Positions 1 to 11,530 of a DNA stretch of 64,000 nucleotides are shown piece after piece (position 1 is the first letter of the stretch; every line of letters starts with the position of its first letter). The position numbers and the translations under genes are program-made. This DNA comes from Octopus sinensis (lineage: Eukaryota): contig NC_043022.1 in NCBI RefSeq assembly GCF_006345805.1, positions 16,430,001 through 16,494,000 on the forward strand. Direction: 5' to 3'. Below the pieces are notes generated by a model. That model was given only the letters and a program-made list of their open reading frames with translations, ran no database searches and was not told where the DNA came from.

Positions 1-1094
1 AATGGTTTCAGGTTCTATCTCACTCCACAACATGTTGGTATTAGAATTTCTAAAGTCTGTCTTCATTCTTTGAATCTTTTACATTTGTTATGGAATCAAG
101 TTATGTCAACACAAGTTCATTTCTAAATAAATCTCTTCTAATTAAAGACAAATATTTACTTTTCTTTGACCATAAAAACATTCAATAAATCAGTTAATTC
201 ATTATGATTCCTGTACCAACCAAACTTACCATATCTTATTCTAGCAGTGATGGGATAATATTGACATTTTGCCTGTTGTTACATTAACCATTATTATAGA
301 ATTTTAATTCTATAATGGCATGTCTTTGTGACACACCATAGCTTCGATATTATATCATAGCACTATATTTCTAGAGCATAACATAGTAAATATCACCAGT
401 TCTGTGTATATATATCTCCATCAAACAACAGTGCAAATCAGCAAGATTCTATAATAATGGTATGTCTCACTGACATTGTGTAAATATTCCACAGCTGTAT
501 GGATTCACAATTTTCCATTTTGATAGCATAAATTTAATCAAGTTTACAACATGGGATGTACACACTCGAAACTCTAACACTTCTGCACTTAATTGATCTC
601 ACTTGATTTACCTAAATCCAATATATTGCTTTTTTGATTAATATCACGACCTCAAACAGTGATTGCTTCTCATGTGTTATTTTTTTGTGCATCTTTTACA
701 TGTTTTTTTATATTAGAAACCTTTACAATTCTAGAAAAAAATCAAAGCTTTCTAAAATGTGAAAAGATATTATATAAATACCACATGCAAATACACACAC
801 ACACACACACACACACATACGCACACACACACACACCACACACACACACACACATGCACACACACGCACATATATTAAATTATATCATGTTGTAATATTT
901 CTGATCCCTTTATTTTGAAGTTTAGATATGAGTCAGCCCTTCCTCTTTAAACATCAAAATGAGGGGGTTGAAAGCAAAGCCAGTCAATAACAGCCTTTCT
1001 AGATCTATACACCATCTTCATAGAAATCAATTTATTTGCTCTGTTGTTCCCTAGTTTCAGTCAACTTGATTGACTTTTGTTACATTAAGGAGTT

Positions 1095-1490
1095 GTTGCC
1101 CAGCCCCTAGTCAGCCCTACTGGAACAGACCTACGATATAACTAATATCCCCTCTGTGAACTCCACTGTTATTTTTAGGGATGTGTCTACGAGTAGATTA
1201 TTCAGTGTTTCACTTTCTCATTTAACTCTTTAGTGTTCAGATTCATTTGTTGAGTGAAATGTTTATTAATTTACGTTGTTTTGAATTTATTCTGCATTCT
1301 CTCGTAGATTCGAGATTTCAATGATGCAATTGTTCATTTTTAGAATGATATTGTTGGGTAGGTGTGAGAGGCCAGGTCTGGCTGGCTTGGACATAAAACA
1401 AATAAAATATCTGAACCGGATATGGCTGGCTTCAATACTAAAGGGTTAAGAGAGTACAGCTTGGAAGAGATTTCACTGAGTTAACAAATC
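1095..1490. mobile_element. Old dispersed SINE-like repeat (family F), interrupted by a TTAA MITE
   Basis: Motifs 'cagcccc..gtcagccct...cagacctatgat' and 'gagattt(g)gctgctatttctagcag' recur at about 6380-6535, 20455-20650, 24150-24330 (rev), 41360-41730, 53690-53880, 62150-62320 and 63575-63770. Confidence 0.55.
1226..1445. mobile_element. piggyBac-type MITE (family P1)
   Basis: TTAA at 1222-1225 and 1446-1449. Imperfect TIRs CTCTTTAGTGTT / AATACTAAAGGG. Homologous copy in the opposite orientation at 54350-54563. Confidence 0.75.
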
Positions 1491-2121
1491 ACCTCACTGA
1501 ATTCCTATTCTGAGGTCATAAGGTCATAAGGTGTGAATAATTCTAAAACACACCTCAGTTTCAGCAAAACCTGTCTTAAACCGACCCTTGCCAATAACCT
1601 AAACTGTGATCTTGTATTTGTAAGGCACAGATTGTAATCTGAGAGATTAGTTGGGAATAAACAGTGCCCTACAAGCTGTGAAATCTAGTAGATGTCGTCC
1701 CCATAACTGGTTTTGATAGATGTCCTATGTCTCCAACTCGTTGAAGATCACATGATGCTTTTCTGAATGTAGTTATGAACTGTAGAGAGAGAGAGAGTGT
1801 AATGCAGCAGTCTGAGTGTGTTGCATTTCTCCATTCCCTGTAACTTTTTGCTTGGAGGTGTTGACCACTACAAAGGGGCAGCAGTGAATTTTATTCCTGG
1901 TATGACCACTGGTTAATCGAGCCAGGGGTGAACTCAGTCAGAGCTTAGAAGTGGTTGCTTTTGTGCACCAACAGTGTGCATTCCGGAAGAATATTTGGGG
2001 CTAATGTGATTATTGATGTCCCTATCATTGTCGTTGTTTGATCTTGGTCAAGTAGAGCTGTCCAAAGCTGTTACATCTCTGACCATCCCATATTGTGTAT
2101 AAATAATCATCTACACATGTA

Positions 2122-2185
<64 letters not shown>

Positions 2186-2196
2186 AATAGAGAGCA

Positions 2197-2239
2197 ACCT
2201 TAATCAATTTTCAGATCCTATTGGATTTTCATCAGAGGT
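2197..2239 (-). ncRNA. Type I hammerhead ribozyme motif, near-canonical
   Basis: Minus strand reads ACCU-CUGAUGA-AAAUCC AAUA GGAUCU-GAAA-AUUGAU-UA-AGGU. Stem I ACCU/AGGU, intact core, stem II AUCC/GGAU, cleavage triplet UUA. The 3' side runs into (AT)n. Confidence 0.75.
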
Positions 2240-2331
2240 GTCTTCATCAATATGACCAATCACAAAGAAACGAGCAATCAATCTCTTGATATACAACTAC
2301 TGTACCTGCAGAAAACTGGTGCTACTAATTT

Positions 2332-2505
2332 CATCATCATCATTTAACGTCTGCTTTCCATGCTAGCATGGGTTGGATGGTTCAACTGGGGACTGGGAAG
2401 CCCGAAGGCTGCACCAGACCAGTCAGATCTGGCAGTGTTTCTACAGCTGGATGCCCTTCCTAACGCCAACCACTCCGTGAGTGTAGTGGGTGCTTTTTAT
2501 GTGCA
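2332..2505 (-). mobile_element. RTE-type LINE 3' end (family C) with (GAT)n tail
   Basis: 'ggttggcgttaggaagggcatccagctgtagaaac...aacccatgctagcatggaaa..gacgttaaatgatgatg' on the minus strand. The same sequence follows an RTE ORF remnant at 57890-58275. Confidence 0.75.
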
Positions 2506-2605
2506 TATTGCATACTGTAATATACATACATATATATGTATGTATATGTATATATATTTATACATATATGTATGTATATATATTTATATATATATATATA
2601 TATAT

Positions 2606-2960
2606 GTAGGTCCCGGGTTGATTCGGGGTTAACCACAGTAAATAAGGTACTCAATACATAGCAGAGTAAAATTAATTTATTATATAGAAGGAGCTTCTAC
2701 AGGACTAGAACTGTTTCATTCAAGAGAAATCTTCAGGAAGCTAGTTAACAAGAATTGTATTGGCATTTATACATTTAGGCAGGTTTAAAGGGGTGGTGGT
2801 GGGGGACTTTTTGGGGGTAGGCATAGCGCAAAATATCATACTTGGGGGAGTGGTCAAGGAGTCAGTGGTAAATTAGATAAAAGAATAAATAAAAGAATAA
2901 AAAGATATATAAAAAAAGAATAGAGTTTTAGGTAAATAAGGAGATTCTCACTTATACCTA
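2606..2960 (-). mobile_element. Penelope-like pLTR-type element, left arm of the palindrome
   Basis: Contains an HHR, then AATAAA and a ~70-nt tail ending in (AT)n. The sequence is repeated inverted at about 3095-3381. Confidence 0.6.
2692..2742 (-). ncRNA. Type I hammerhead ribozyme motif (left palindrome arm)
   Basis: Exact reverse complement of the motif at 3314-3364. Confidence 0.75.
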
Positions 2961-3313
2961 TACACATATGTATACATATATACACACACACACACACACA
3001 TATATATACATACACACACACACGTGTGTGTGTGTATGTATGTGTGTATGTATATATATGTGTGTGTGTGTGTATATATGTATACATATGTGTATAGGTA
3101 TAAGTGAGAATCTCCTTATTTACCTAAAACTCTATTCTTTTTTTATATATCTTTTTATTCTTTTATTTATTCTTTTATCTAATTTACCACTGACTCCTTG
3201 ACCACTCCCCCAAGTATGATATTTTGCGCTATGCCTACCCCCAAAAAGTCCCCCCACCACCACCCCTTTAAACCTGCCTAAATGTATAAATGCCAATACA
3301 ATTCTTGTTAACT

Positions 3314-3364
3314 AGCTTCCTGAAGATTTCTCTTGAATGAAACAGTTCTAGTCCTGTAGAAGCT
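3314..3364 (+). ncRNA. Type I hammerhead ribozyme motif (right palindrome arm)
   Basis: AGCUUC-CUGAAGA-UUUC UCUU GAAU-GAAA-CAG UUCUAGUC CUG-UA-GAAGCU. 6-bp stem I, intact core, stem III ACAG/CUGU, GUA cleavage triplet (cut after 3358). Stem II opens with a U-U mismatch. Confidence 0.75.
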
Positions 3365-3375
3365 CCTTCTATATA

Positions 3376-3420
<45 letters not shown>

Positions 3421-3425
<5 letters not shown>

Positions 3426-3482
3426 GTTCAACCCATGCTAGCATGGAGAACGGACGTTAAACGATGATGATGATGATGATGA
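3421..3482 (+). mobile_element. RTE LINE extreme 3' tail (family C)
   Basis: ttcaacccatgctagcatggagaacggacgttaaacgatgatgatg. Confidence 0.7.
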
Positions 3483-3495
3483 AATATATATATAT

Positions 3496-3890
3496 GTGGC
3501 TGTGTGGTAAGTAGCTTGCTTACCAACCACATGGTTCCGGGTTCAGTCCCACTGCATGGCATCTTGGGCAAGTGTCTTCTGCTATAGCCTTGGGCCGACC
3601 AAAGCATTGTGAGTGGATTTGGTAGACAGAAACTGAAAGAAGCCTGTTGTATATATGTGTATATATGTATATATATGTATGTGTGTCTGTGTTTGTCCCT
3701 CTAGCATTGCTTGACAACCGATGCTGGTGTGTTTACGTACCCCGTCACTTAGCGGTTCGGCAAAAGGGACCGATAGAATAAGTACTGGGCTTACAAAGAA
3801 TAAGTCCTGGGGTCGATTTGCTCGACTAAGGGCGGTGCTCCAGCATGGCCGCAGTCAAATGACAAACAAGTAAAAGAGTAAGTAAAAGAG
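3496..3890 (+). mobile_element. tRNA-derived SINE (family A, CORE-like domain, internal microsatellite)
   Basis: A-box-like gtggctgtgtggtaag, B-box-like gggttcagtccc, CORE-like cttgggcaagtgtctt, tail ...cagcatggccgcagtcaaatgac...aagtaaaaga. Many copies in the window. Confidence 0.85.
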
Positions 3891-5559
3891 TATATATATA
3901 TATATATGATGTAAACGTCCATGTATGTGTGTGTGGGGGGGCACACACACACACACACACATATATACTACATTGCCACATATACATAACCATCCCCACC
4001 AGCCACATCATAATTACCTGGCCACCACCACCACTCCATCATTATCACCATTGCCAACACCATCACTACTACTCCTACTATTACTGTCACTGCTGCTGTT
4101 GTTATTATACAATGAATCATTAAATTGACTGGAGAAAAGAACTGGAAATGTTGATAGTGGCTCCTTTCTTCAGTGGAGACAGGTGACAGGTATGTAAGCG
4201 AAGCAGACACCAGCAAGAATTGAACCTAGTTTCCTGAGGTTTGAGCTAACTCTTTCCTTGTTTCCTCTTCATTTGTCTTACATCCATCCACAACATAGAC
4301 ACATTTCACTTTTAGAGAAATAGTGGGAGTTTGCCAACAGAGTATGAAATTCTGATGGTAAACATTTATGTATCTAAAATATACACCAGGAAGAGAATAA
4401 AGGGGGAAAAAAAAAGAAATAACGGAATGTCTTTGGTGTTTTTATTTTGTTGCTTGACAGCGAATGGAAAATATGCAGTAACATGTAGATTTAGTAGGAA
4501 TGGTGGTTTAAGAGATTTTATTCAAATGATGTTTGAATCGAAGCATTCAGTGTGTTAATATATTAAATTGTTTCCAATATATGATTCCGAAGACAATGAA
4601 ATAAAGGGAGAGGAAAAGAAAGAAAGGAAAAAGAAGTATTGAAAGGGAAGGAAACGAAAGGAAGAGGTTTTATCAGAAAGTCCCTCTCTGATCTAGACAT
4701 CATTCCAAGTGAATATACGCTTAGATCAATGAAGAAGAAGAAGAAGAAGAAGAAAGAGAGAGTGAATATCATCTCCATAAGACAATAGAATTAATCGACA
4801 CAACTTCAAATTGGTTTTTCAGTTTTTCACCTTCTGTAGTTCCTAAAAAGGAAAAAAAAAATTTTCACCAAAACTAAAAAACAACATATGTTGCACATTA
4901 ACAGCACTTATCACGAAACTTCTGCACATTGTTAATCTTCGACTTGTTGAGACAATGTGGCTGCGTTTAAATGTCTGGTTTTGACTCTTAGACTGGTTTT
5001 ATATTAATTTCTACATTTTTTCTGCTTTTTTTTAATGATTGTTGATGGCTGAGTATCTTTTTAATTTTCTTTTTTCGCTTTGCATTTTTTTCATATCTTT
5101 GTTTTGTTATTCTTCTGTTTTCTTTTTTTTTTTTGCAATGCTAAAAAAACTAAGAAGATAAAAGACAAAACCTTGATATATTTTGGTGAATTCGTGGTAG
5201 GTGTGTTAACATATAACAAATAAGAAATGAGGTGAGTGGGGGGGGAGTGGGAATGAACCTACTGACCCAAATATTAATCCTAATGTATTGATTATCCGTT
5301 CTTTTGAGTCTCTACTGGAGTATTTATTATTGAGTGGAAGAATCTGGCTTCTTTCACATCCCAATTTCTTCATTTTATTTTAAAGTTGGTTCTTACAAGG
5401 AAAATAGTTCCCCCCCCCCCCATCATACTAATAGGTTTTGTATATCAGTTTCAGAAGATATTTGATGAACTGATGAACTTTATAACTAATATTGCTTCAG
5501 GCTTTCAGATTAGTGCTGCCTTGGCAACACAGTGTCCTCACCTTAATTAATCATCATGG

Positions 5560-6010
5560 TTCTTATCTTTTATCTTTAGCTTGTTTCAGTCATTGGGCTG
5601 TGGCCATGCTGGGGCCCTGGAGCGTTTACTCTAGCAAGTCAGTGTTGGTGCCATGTAAAAAGCACTGGTGTTGGTGCTATATAAAAAGCACCCAGCACTC
5701 ACTGTGTAAAGTGGTTGGCATTAGGAAGGGCATCCACCTGTAGAAACCATGCCAAAAGGGAAAATGGAGCCTCGTGCAGCCTCCAGCCTTATCAGCTCCT
5801 ATCACTCTGTCCAACCCATGCCAGCATGGAAAACAAACGTTAAATGATGATGTTACTGATGATGATGATGAAATTAACCCCAGTACTTAGTTTTTAAGCC
5901 TGGTACTTATTTTATCAGTCCCTTATTTTATCAGCCACACAACTCGATTTACAAGGACATAAACAAACCAATGTCGGTTGTCAAGTGGTGGTAGGGTACA
6001 AACACAAAAC
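5560..6010 (-). mobile_element. Family A SINE 3' half, interrupted by a + strand RTE 3' end (about 5640-5872)
   Basis: The SINE tail sequence resumes after the (GAT)n tail of the inserted element. Confidence 0.65.
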
Positions 6011-6615
6011 ACAGACTGGAAACCTTTCAATAATGGAGAAATCACAGCATGTTTCATGAAGGTCAAAAGAATGATTTTTAATTCATTTCAACTATAAATT
6101 TTTGGAAATATTTTATCCAAAGTTGACTTTAAGATGACATTAACTGGCAATCTTCAATTGATTCTAACCATTTCTTTTACTATAAAGAGATTTGGTGGTT
6201 CATGGGAGCTTGTTGGTTTGGGAGGTTATGTAGTTTTGTTGTTTTGATTTTTGACATTAATACAAGCTTATTTTTTGTTAATTAGTCAAGAAATAATTAA
6301 TTTTCTCTGGATGTATAAATAGATGTACTGCTCTTTGGTATTGGATTATCTTGATTAAGAGAAATCTTTTTGTTATCATAAGCATTCCAGTTATGACCAT
6401 CCCATCTTTTAAGGGCTTACCTCAGACCACATTATTGAATATGTCGTAGCTGATGTAAGATGCAAGTGGGGCGATTTGTGGGAAATTTGGCTGCTACTTC
6501 TAGCAGGTTGAGCACTTGTGTTGAGGCTCTTTCATGTATGAGGTAGAAAAACTTCAGTGAGTTCAGATATATATATATATATACATATACAAACATACAC
6601 ACATATATACATATT

Positions 6616-6878
6616 TCATCATCATCATCATTGCTTGCTTTCCATGCTGGGATGAGTTGGATGGTTTGACTGAGAACTGGCAAGCCGGGAGGCTGCACCA
6701 GGCTCCAATCTGATTTGGTAAGGCTTCTACAGCTGGATGCCCTTCCTAATGCCAACCACTCTGATAGTGTAGTGGGTGCTTTTTATGAGTCACCAGCATG
6801 GGAGTCAGTCAGGTGGCACTGGCACTGACCATGCTTGAAAGATGCTTTTTATGTGCCACTCGCACGGGTGCCAGTCAT
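6616..6878 (-). mobile_element. RTE LINE 3' end (family C)
   Basis: (CAT)n followed by ...ctacagctggatgcccttcctaatgccaaccac... Confidence 0.75.
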
Positions 6879-6929
6879 ATGCATATATATATTAATGAGT
6901 GTGTGTATATGTATGTATATATTTTTTTT

Positions 6930-7160
6930 GTTTAACGTCTGTTTTCCGCGCTAGCATGGGTTGGACGGTTCAACCGGGGTCTGGGAAGCCAGGGGCTGCA
7001 CCAGGCTCCAGTCTGATCTGGCAGTGTTTCTACAGCTGGATGCCCTTCCTAACGCCAACCACTCCGCGAGTGTAGTGGGTGCTTTTTAACATGTCACCGG
7101 CACAGGTGCCTGGGGAGTCTGGCATCGGCCACGATCAGTTGGTGCTTTTAACGTGCCACT
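6930..7160 (-). mobile_element. RTE LINE 3' end (family C), young copy
   Basis: Closely similar to 46371-46668, with CpGs retained. Confidence 0.8.
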
Positions 7161-7190
7161 ATATATATATATGTATATCAATTTAAATAT

Positions 7191-7235
<45 letters not shown>

Positions 7236-7331
7236 TATATATATAAATATGCGCATATATATATATATATATATATAAATGGTGGTGCCCCAGCATGGCC
7301 ACAGCTCATTAGCTGAAACTGGAAAAATCAA

Positions 7332-7370
<39 letters not shown>

Positions 7371-7927
7371 GTAGATGTGTGTGTGTATTTATATATGTAT
7401 GTGTCTATGTATGTATGCATGTATAAACATGTGTGTGTGTGTGTAAAGAAACAATAAGCAAGTATTCATTTCTGTGTGAGATTCAGAATCTGAAAGCCAG
7501 TGGAAGCAAAGTGTGTAAATATGTGTCTCTAAGTAAAAGAAAGAAAGGCAGGCGCACAAATGTCTCTCTGTTTCACTGCTTATTAGATGAATTAAGTTGT
7601 TTACCGAGAAAGCTGTCTACCTTTCTGATACTGAGAACACTCACTCTAACTCTGCAATTATTGGAGAGATGCTCTATAATTTCTCCACAGAAGAAGATTT
7701 TTGTTGGAAGTTTCTTGTAAATTTGATTTGGTTTTAAATTGGGTGATTAAATAATCTTTAACATTTCAATATTGTAGTAATTAGGAAGTGAGTCTGTACG
7801 GTGGAGCAGAAATTCCCAAACTGAATTTCAAACATTGGTGTGTTAGGTAAATGTAATATCACACAAAGCAATAACAATTTTGTCACTTGGTACCAATTCT
7901 TTATACTTTCGTCTCCAATCAACGACT

Positions 7928-7941
7928 GTTGCTACGGCAAC
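7928..7941. promoter_or_regulatory. Candidate RFX X-box palindrome
   Basis: GTTGCTACGGCAAC resembles the X-box consensus GTTGCCATGGCAAC and lies in non-repetitive sequence. Motif match only. Confidence 0.3.
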
Positions 7942-8317
7942 AATTCTCATTCTTCTTGTTCTTGTGTGTTCTCCAGAAATTTCTCTCTCTTTGTGTTTCT
8001 TCCTTTTTTTTTTCTTTTTTTCTTTCTTACTCCTTCCACTGATATCTAACTTATAATCACAAGAAGTCACATAGCCTTGTATCAATTTATGTTACCATTT
8101 TGGCACGGCATTAAGTTCTCTGGAAGTGGTTGGAAATCCATTCTTAATCTCCAGCTGCATCTGTCAACTACTTTCGCTTTGCTCTTGGGAAAGTTCTTAA
8201 TAGAATATTTCCTCATTTATTTTGTGCCAAATACCTTTTAAGGTTCTTTACCTATTTAATAAGTAATTAATTTTTGGAACCTGATTAAGTAAATAAACTC
8301 TTCTCTCCCTTGGCTAA

Positions 8318-8530
8318 TGTGGAGGCACATGGCTTAGTGGTTAGAGTGTTGGACTCGTGACTGTAAGATTATAGTTTCAATTCCTGGACTGGGTGATGAA
8401 TTGTGTTCTTGAGCAAAGCACTTCATTTCACTTTGATCCAGCAAACTCAGCTGGTAAAAATGAGTAATCATGTGATCATGTGATCAGCTGGGGTCTTCTC
8501 TGGGAAGGAATATATATGCTGGAGAGCTGG
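8318..8530 (+). mobile_element. tRNA-derived SINE with CORE-like domain (old copy)
   Basis: Head gtggaggcacatggcttagtggttag...gtttcaattcc, then tgtgttcttgagcaaagcactt. Interrupted by the Meta SINE at 8540-8770. Confidence 0.6.
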
Positions 8531-8539
8531 CATATATAT

Positions 8540-8770
8540 AGGCGGTGAGCTGGCAGAAACGTTAGCATGTCGGGCGAAATGCTTAGCGATATTTCGTCTG
8601 TCATTATGTTCTGAGTTCAAATTCCGCCGAGGTCAACTTTGTCTTTCATCCTTTCGGGGTCGATAAATAAAGTACCAGTTTTGCACTGGGGTCGATGTAA
8701 TCGACTTAATCCCTTTGTCTGTCCTTGTTTGTCCCCTCTATGTTTAGCCCCTTGTGGGCAATAAAGAAAT
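8540..8770 (+). mobile_element. tRNA-derived SINE with Meta-like central domain (family B)
   Basis: ggcggtgagctggcagaa...gagttcaaattcc (A and B boxes), then ctttcatcctttcggggtcgataaataaagtaccag (Meta/MESC-like domain). Confidence 0.8.
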
Positions 8771-9007
8771 ATGTATATGCTGGAGAAACTGGGAAACCAA
8801 CCCTGTGCTCCCTACAGAGTAATGTGGACTGACCACACTCCCTGCTTAATAACATTCATTCAGTAAAATAGGTTCTCAGGAAAAACACTTTGTTAATAAG
8901 GTGTGACCTATTCAAGATGGATAATACAGTTGTTCTAACCAAGCTTGTAAGAGGGCTGTACCATGTAACCTGCTGCTTTATCTGTTTAATTTGTATTAAC
9001 TCTTTAA

Positions 9008-9229
9008 TCCTTTTGATACCAACCCGGCCAAAACCGCCTCTGGCTCTGTAGTACAAATGTCTTGTTTTCAAAAGTTCTGAATTAAAATCTTCCACCAAAC
9101 TTTAGTCACAATTTATGTTCCCAACACTAGCTTAATCATAACTAAGTTATTTTACTAAATTCTTTGTTATATTTAAAATTAATTAAATGAAACGCAGAGC
9201 ATCTCAAAATAAATACAGTAAGGAAAAGG
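9008..9229. mobile_element. piggyBac-type MITE (family P2)
   Basis: TTAA at 9004-9007 and 9230-9233. Imperfect TIRs TCCTTTTGATAC / GTAAGGAAAAGG. Reverse homologue at 24527-24701. Confidence 0.7.
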
Positions 9230-9291
9230 TTAATTGCAAAATTGAATTTCATGGTTGTTCCAATGATGATGTTAAATATTTACCAAAAAAT

Positions 9292-9675
9292 GGAAGCACT
9301 TCGTTGGTTACGACGACAAGGGTACCGGTTGATCCGAATCAACGGAATAGCCTGCTTGTGAAATTAACGTGTAAGTGGCTGAGCACTCCACAGACACATG
9401 CACCCTTAACGTAGTTCTCGGGGATATTCAGCGTGACACAGAGAGTGACAAGTCCGGCCCTTTGAAAGACAGGTACAACAGAAACAGGAAGTAAGAGTGA
9501 GAGAAAGTTGTGGCGAAAGAGTACAGCAGGGATCACCACCATCCCCTGCCGGAGCGTTGTGGAGCTTTAGGTGTTTTCGCTCAATAAACACTCACTACGC
9601 CCGGTCTGGGAATCGAAACCGCGATCCTATGACCGCGAGTCCGCTGCCCTAACCACTGGGCCATTGCGCCTCCAC
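9292..9675 (-). mobile_element. Full-length tRNA-derived SINE (family D) with TSD
   Basis: Minus-strand head GTGGAGGCGCAATGGCCCAGTGGTTAGGGCAGCGGACTCGCGGTC...GGTTTCGATTCCC. TSD accaaaaaat at 9282-9291 and 9676-9685. Second copy at 17771-18070. Confidence 0.9.
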
Positions 9676-10076
9676 ACCAAAAAATAGAATTGGTGTTGTC
9701 TGCAAGTCAGTGCAAGTCCCAAAAGAAAATAGTTTCAAACATGACATTCCTCATTGAAAGATAGATTGGTGTAGAAAATTGCTTTTCACAGTCAAAGGGT
9801 AATGAAATTTTGACTGGCTATGTCTGATTTCCACAGTAAAAGGGTTAATACAACAATGGAAATGCATGAATACCACAAATTCCCAATCACTCCTTTGCTA
9901 TAAAACATATATAAAGAAATTGAATAGATATAATGATGTAGTAATGCACAAACGAGAGATGAAGTCAGCATGAAACTTAGAAAACAAGTTAAATGCTTCA
10001 ATGGGTTTCGAGATGGTCGTAATTAGTTATTTTCAAGACATCGTTAATATTATCAAAGAGATAACATTAACAACGT

Positions 10077-10110
<34 letters not shown>

Positions 10111-10391
10111 ACTAGATCATAATGAATTCAGGGCATTCAGTACTTGAATGAGATTGAATCTGACCAACTAAAGAGGAAGAGTGATTTATGCTGAAAGTAA
10201 GTCTATACAAGGTGAATATACGAATTAACACTGGGTTGGCTGAGTGTATGTGTTGGAATCTGGCAAAGTTACATGTACTGGAAGTTAGTAAACCTGAAAG
10301 AGACTGTTACTTAATAATTGATGGGGTCGTCTTCTGGTCAGTACTACGAAAATTAAGATTATAAGCTCAAAGTTTACAAATTACTTCGTAT

Positions 10392-10422
<31 letters not shown>

Positions 10423-11149
10423 GTAATAATAATAATAATTATAATTATAGCTGCTTATTTTATGCCTCTTTCAGCATCGATTGAGTTGGTCCAGTGAACG
10501 TACTCTGCCCCTCTATCTACCTTTCATCTGTTTTTGCATCATCTGTCATAGACTTAATTATTTTGATCAAAGTTTTACTATGCTTTCCTCAGTCGCGTTA
10601 GTACAATGTGTTCAATGCACAGGATTTTAATTCAGTTACATTATTTGAGATGTGGTTATGTAAGGAAAATTATCTTTGGAAAAGAATGTTCTCTGTTTTG
10701 ATAGTTACACTGTCACCAATTTTGGTTTGTCATCCATCACTATAGAACATGACTTGACTGGGATTGAACTTGTGAATCTTCTTATCAAAATACATCTTAA
10801 TTGACTTAAATTCCACACTGTGAGATTGGACCTTAGACCTCATGCCTGTGAACCAAATATCTTTACCATTTGATCCTGCTGTACCTATATAGTCTGTAAT
10901 AAATACATACACACATACATAACATACCATACTAACTAATTAATCTTAGCAAGGTATTTTCCTCTAAATAGTGCTCAACAGTATGAAATTATGAATTATT
11001 TGGAGGCTATGATCTAAGTCTGCAGAGTGAAGGATTAAATAGAAAGAGGTGACATCTAATGTGGGATACAAAAGACATGATTTTACATCATGGCAAGTCT
11101 TCCATTTATAGATCATTTTGTTAAGAGTCAGTTTTAAGATATATCTCAT

Positions 11150-11530
11150 GGATGCCCTGGGATGCATCATCAGTGATGTTTCTGGAGCCTGATGGGGTTT
11201 TGGCTCTCCCACCATCAGATCCCTTCACTCACTTGACCCAGCTGGGACTAATTAACTTCCAGCTTGCATTCACACAGCAGCAAACAACTGGTCTGCCCTC
11301 TTTATCCGAAGCCACTTAGGGGCTGTTTCTGCAGCATCCTTGTGATGGAATTCCTTGCTCTGCCAGCAACTCCAGTCACACTACAAAGATGTGAATCCTC
11401 ATCTAAAAGTTTAACACTTCTTCCATTCAAGTTGCATCACAGAAATTTGTTTAAATATTTCAACACCCTGCCTCACATGCAACATTGCTTTTGCTTCTAA
11501 TGACCAATTGTTTTCCCAGGGCACGCGTAC
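11150..11530 (-). mobile_element. Decayed HERO-like (R2 group, RLE endonuclease) non-LTR 3' end
   Basis: Minus-strand translation fragments VPWE..., GVAGRARNSI..., DAAETAPKWLRIKRADQ resemble the HERO C-terminus. The 3' UTR is homologous to 40370-40470. Confidence 0.6.

Larger units (their letters stand above)
2675..3381. repeat. ~707-bp near-perfect spacer-less palindrome
   Basis: 2675-2970 is the reverse complement of about 3085-3381; I see only one homopolymer-length difference. The centre is the self-complementary ...cacacaCACGTGtgtgtg... at 3021-3026. Confidence 0.95.

Noticed and set aside
9600-9675. tRNA-like sequence on the minus strand
   Set aside because: It is the head of a TSD-flanked SINE and has no proper acceptor stem, so it is not a tRNA gene.
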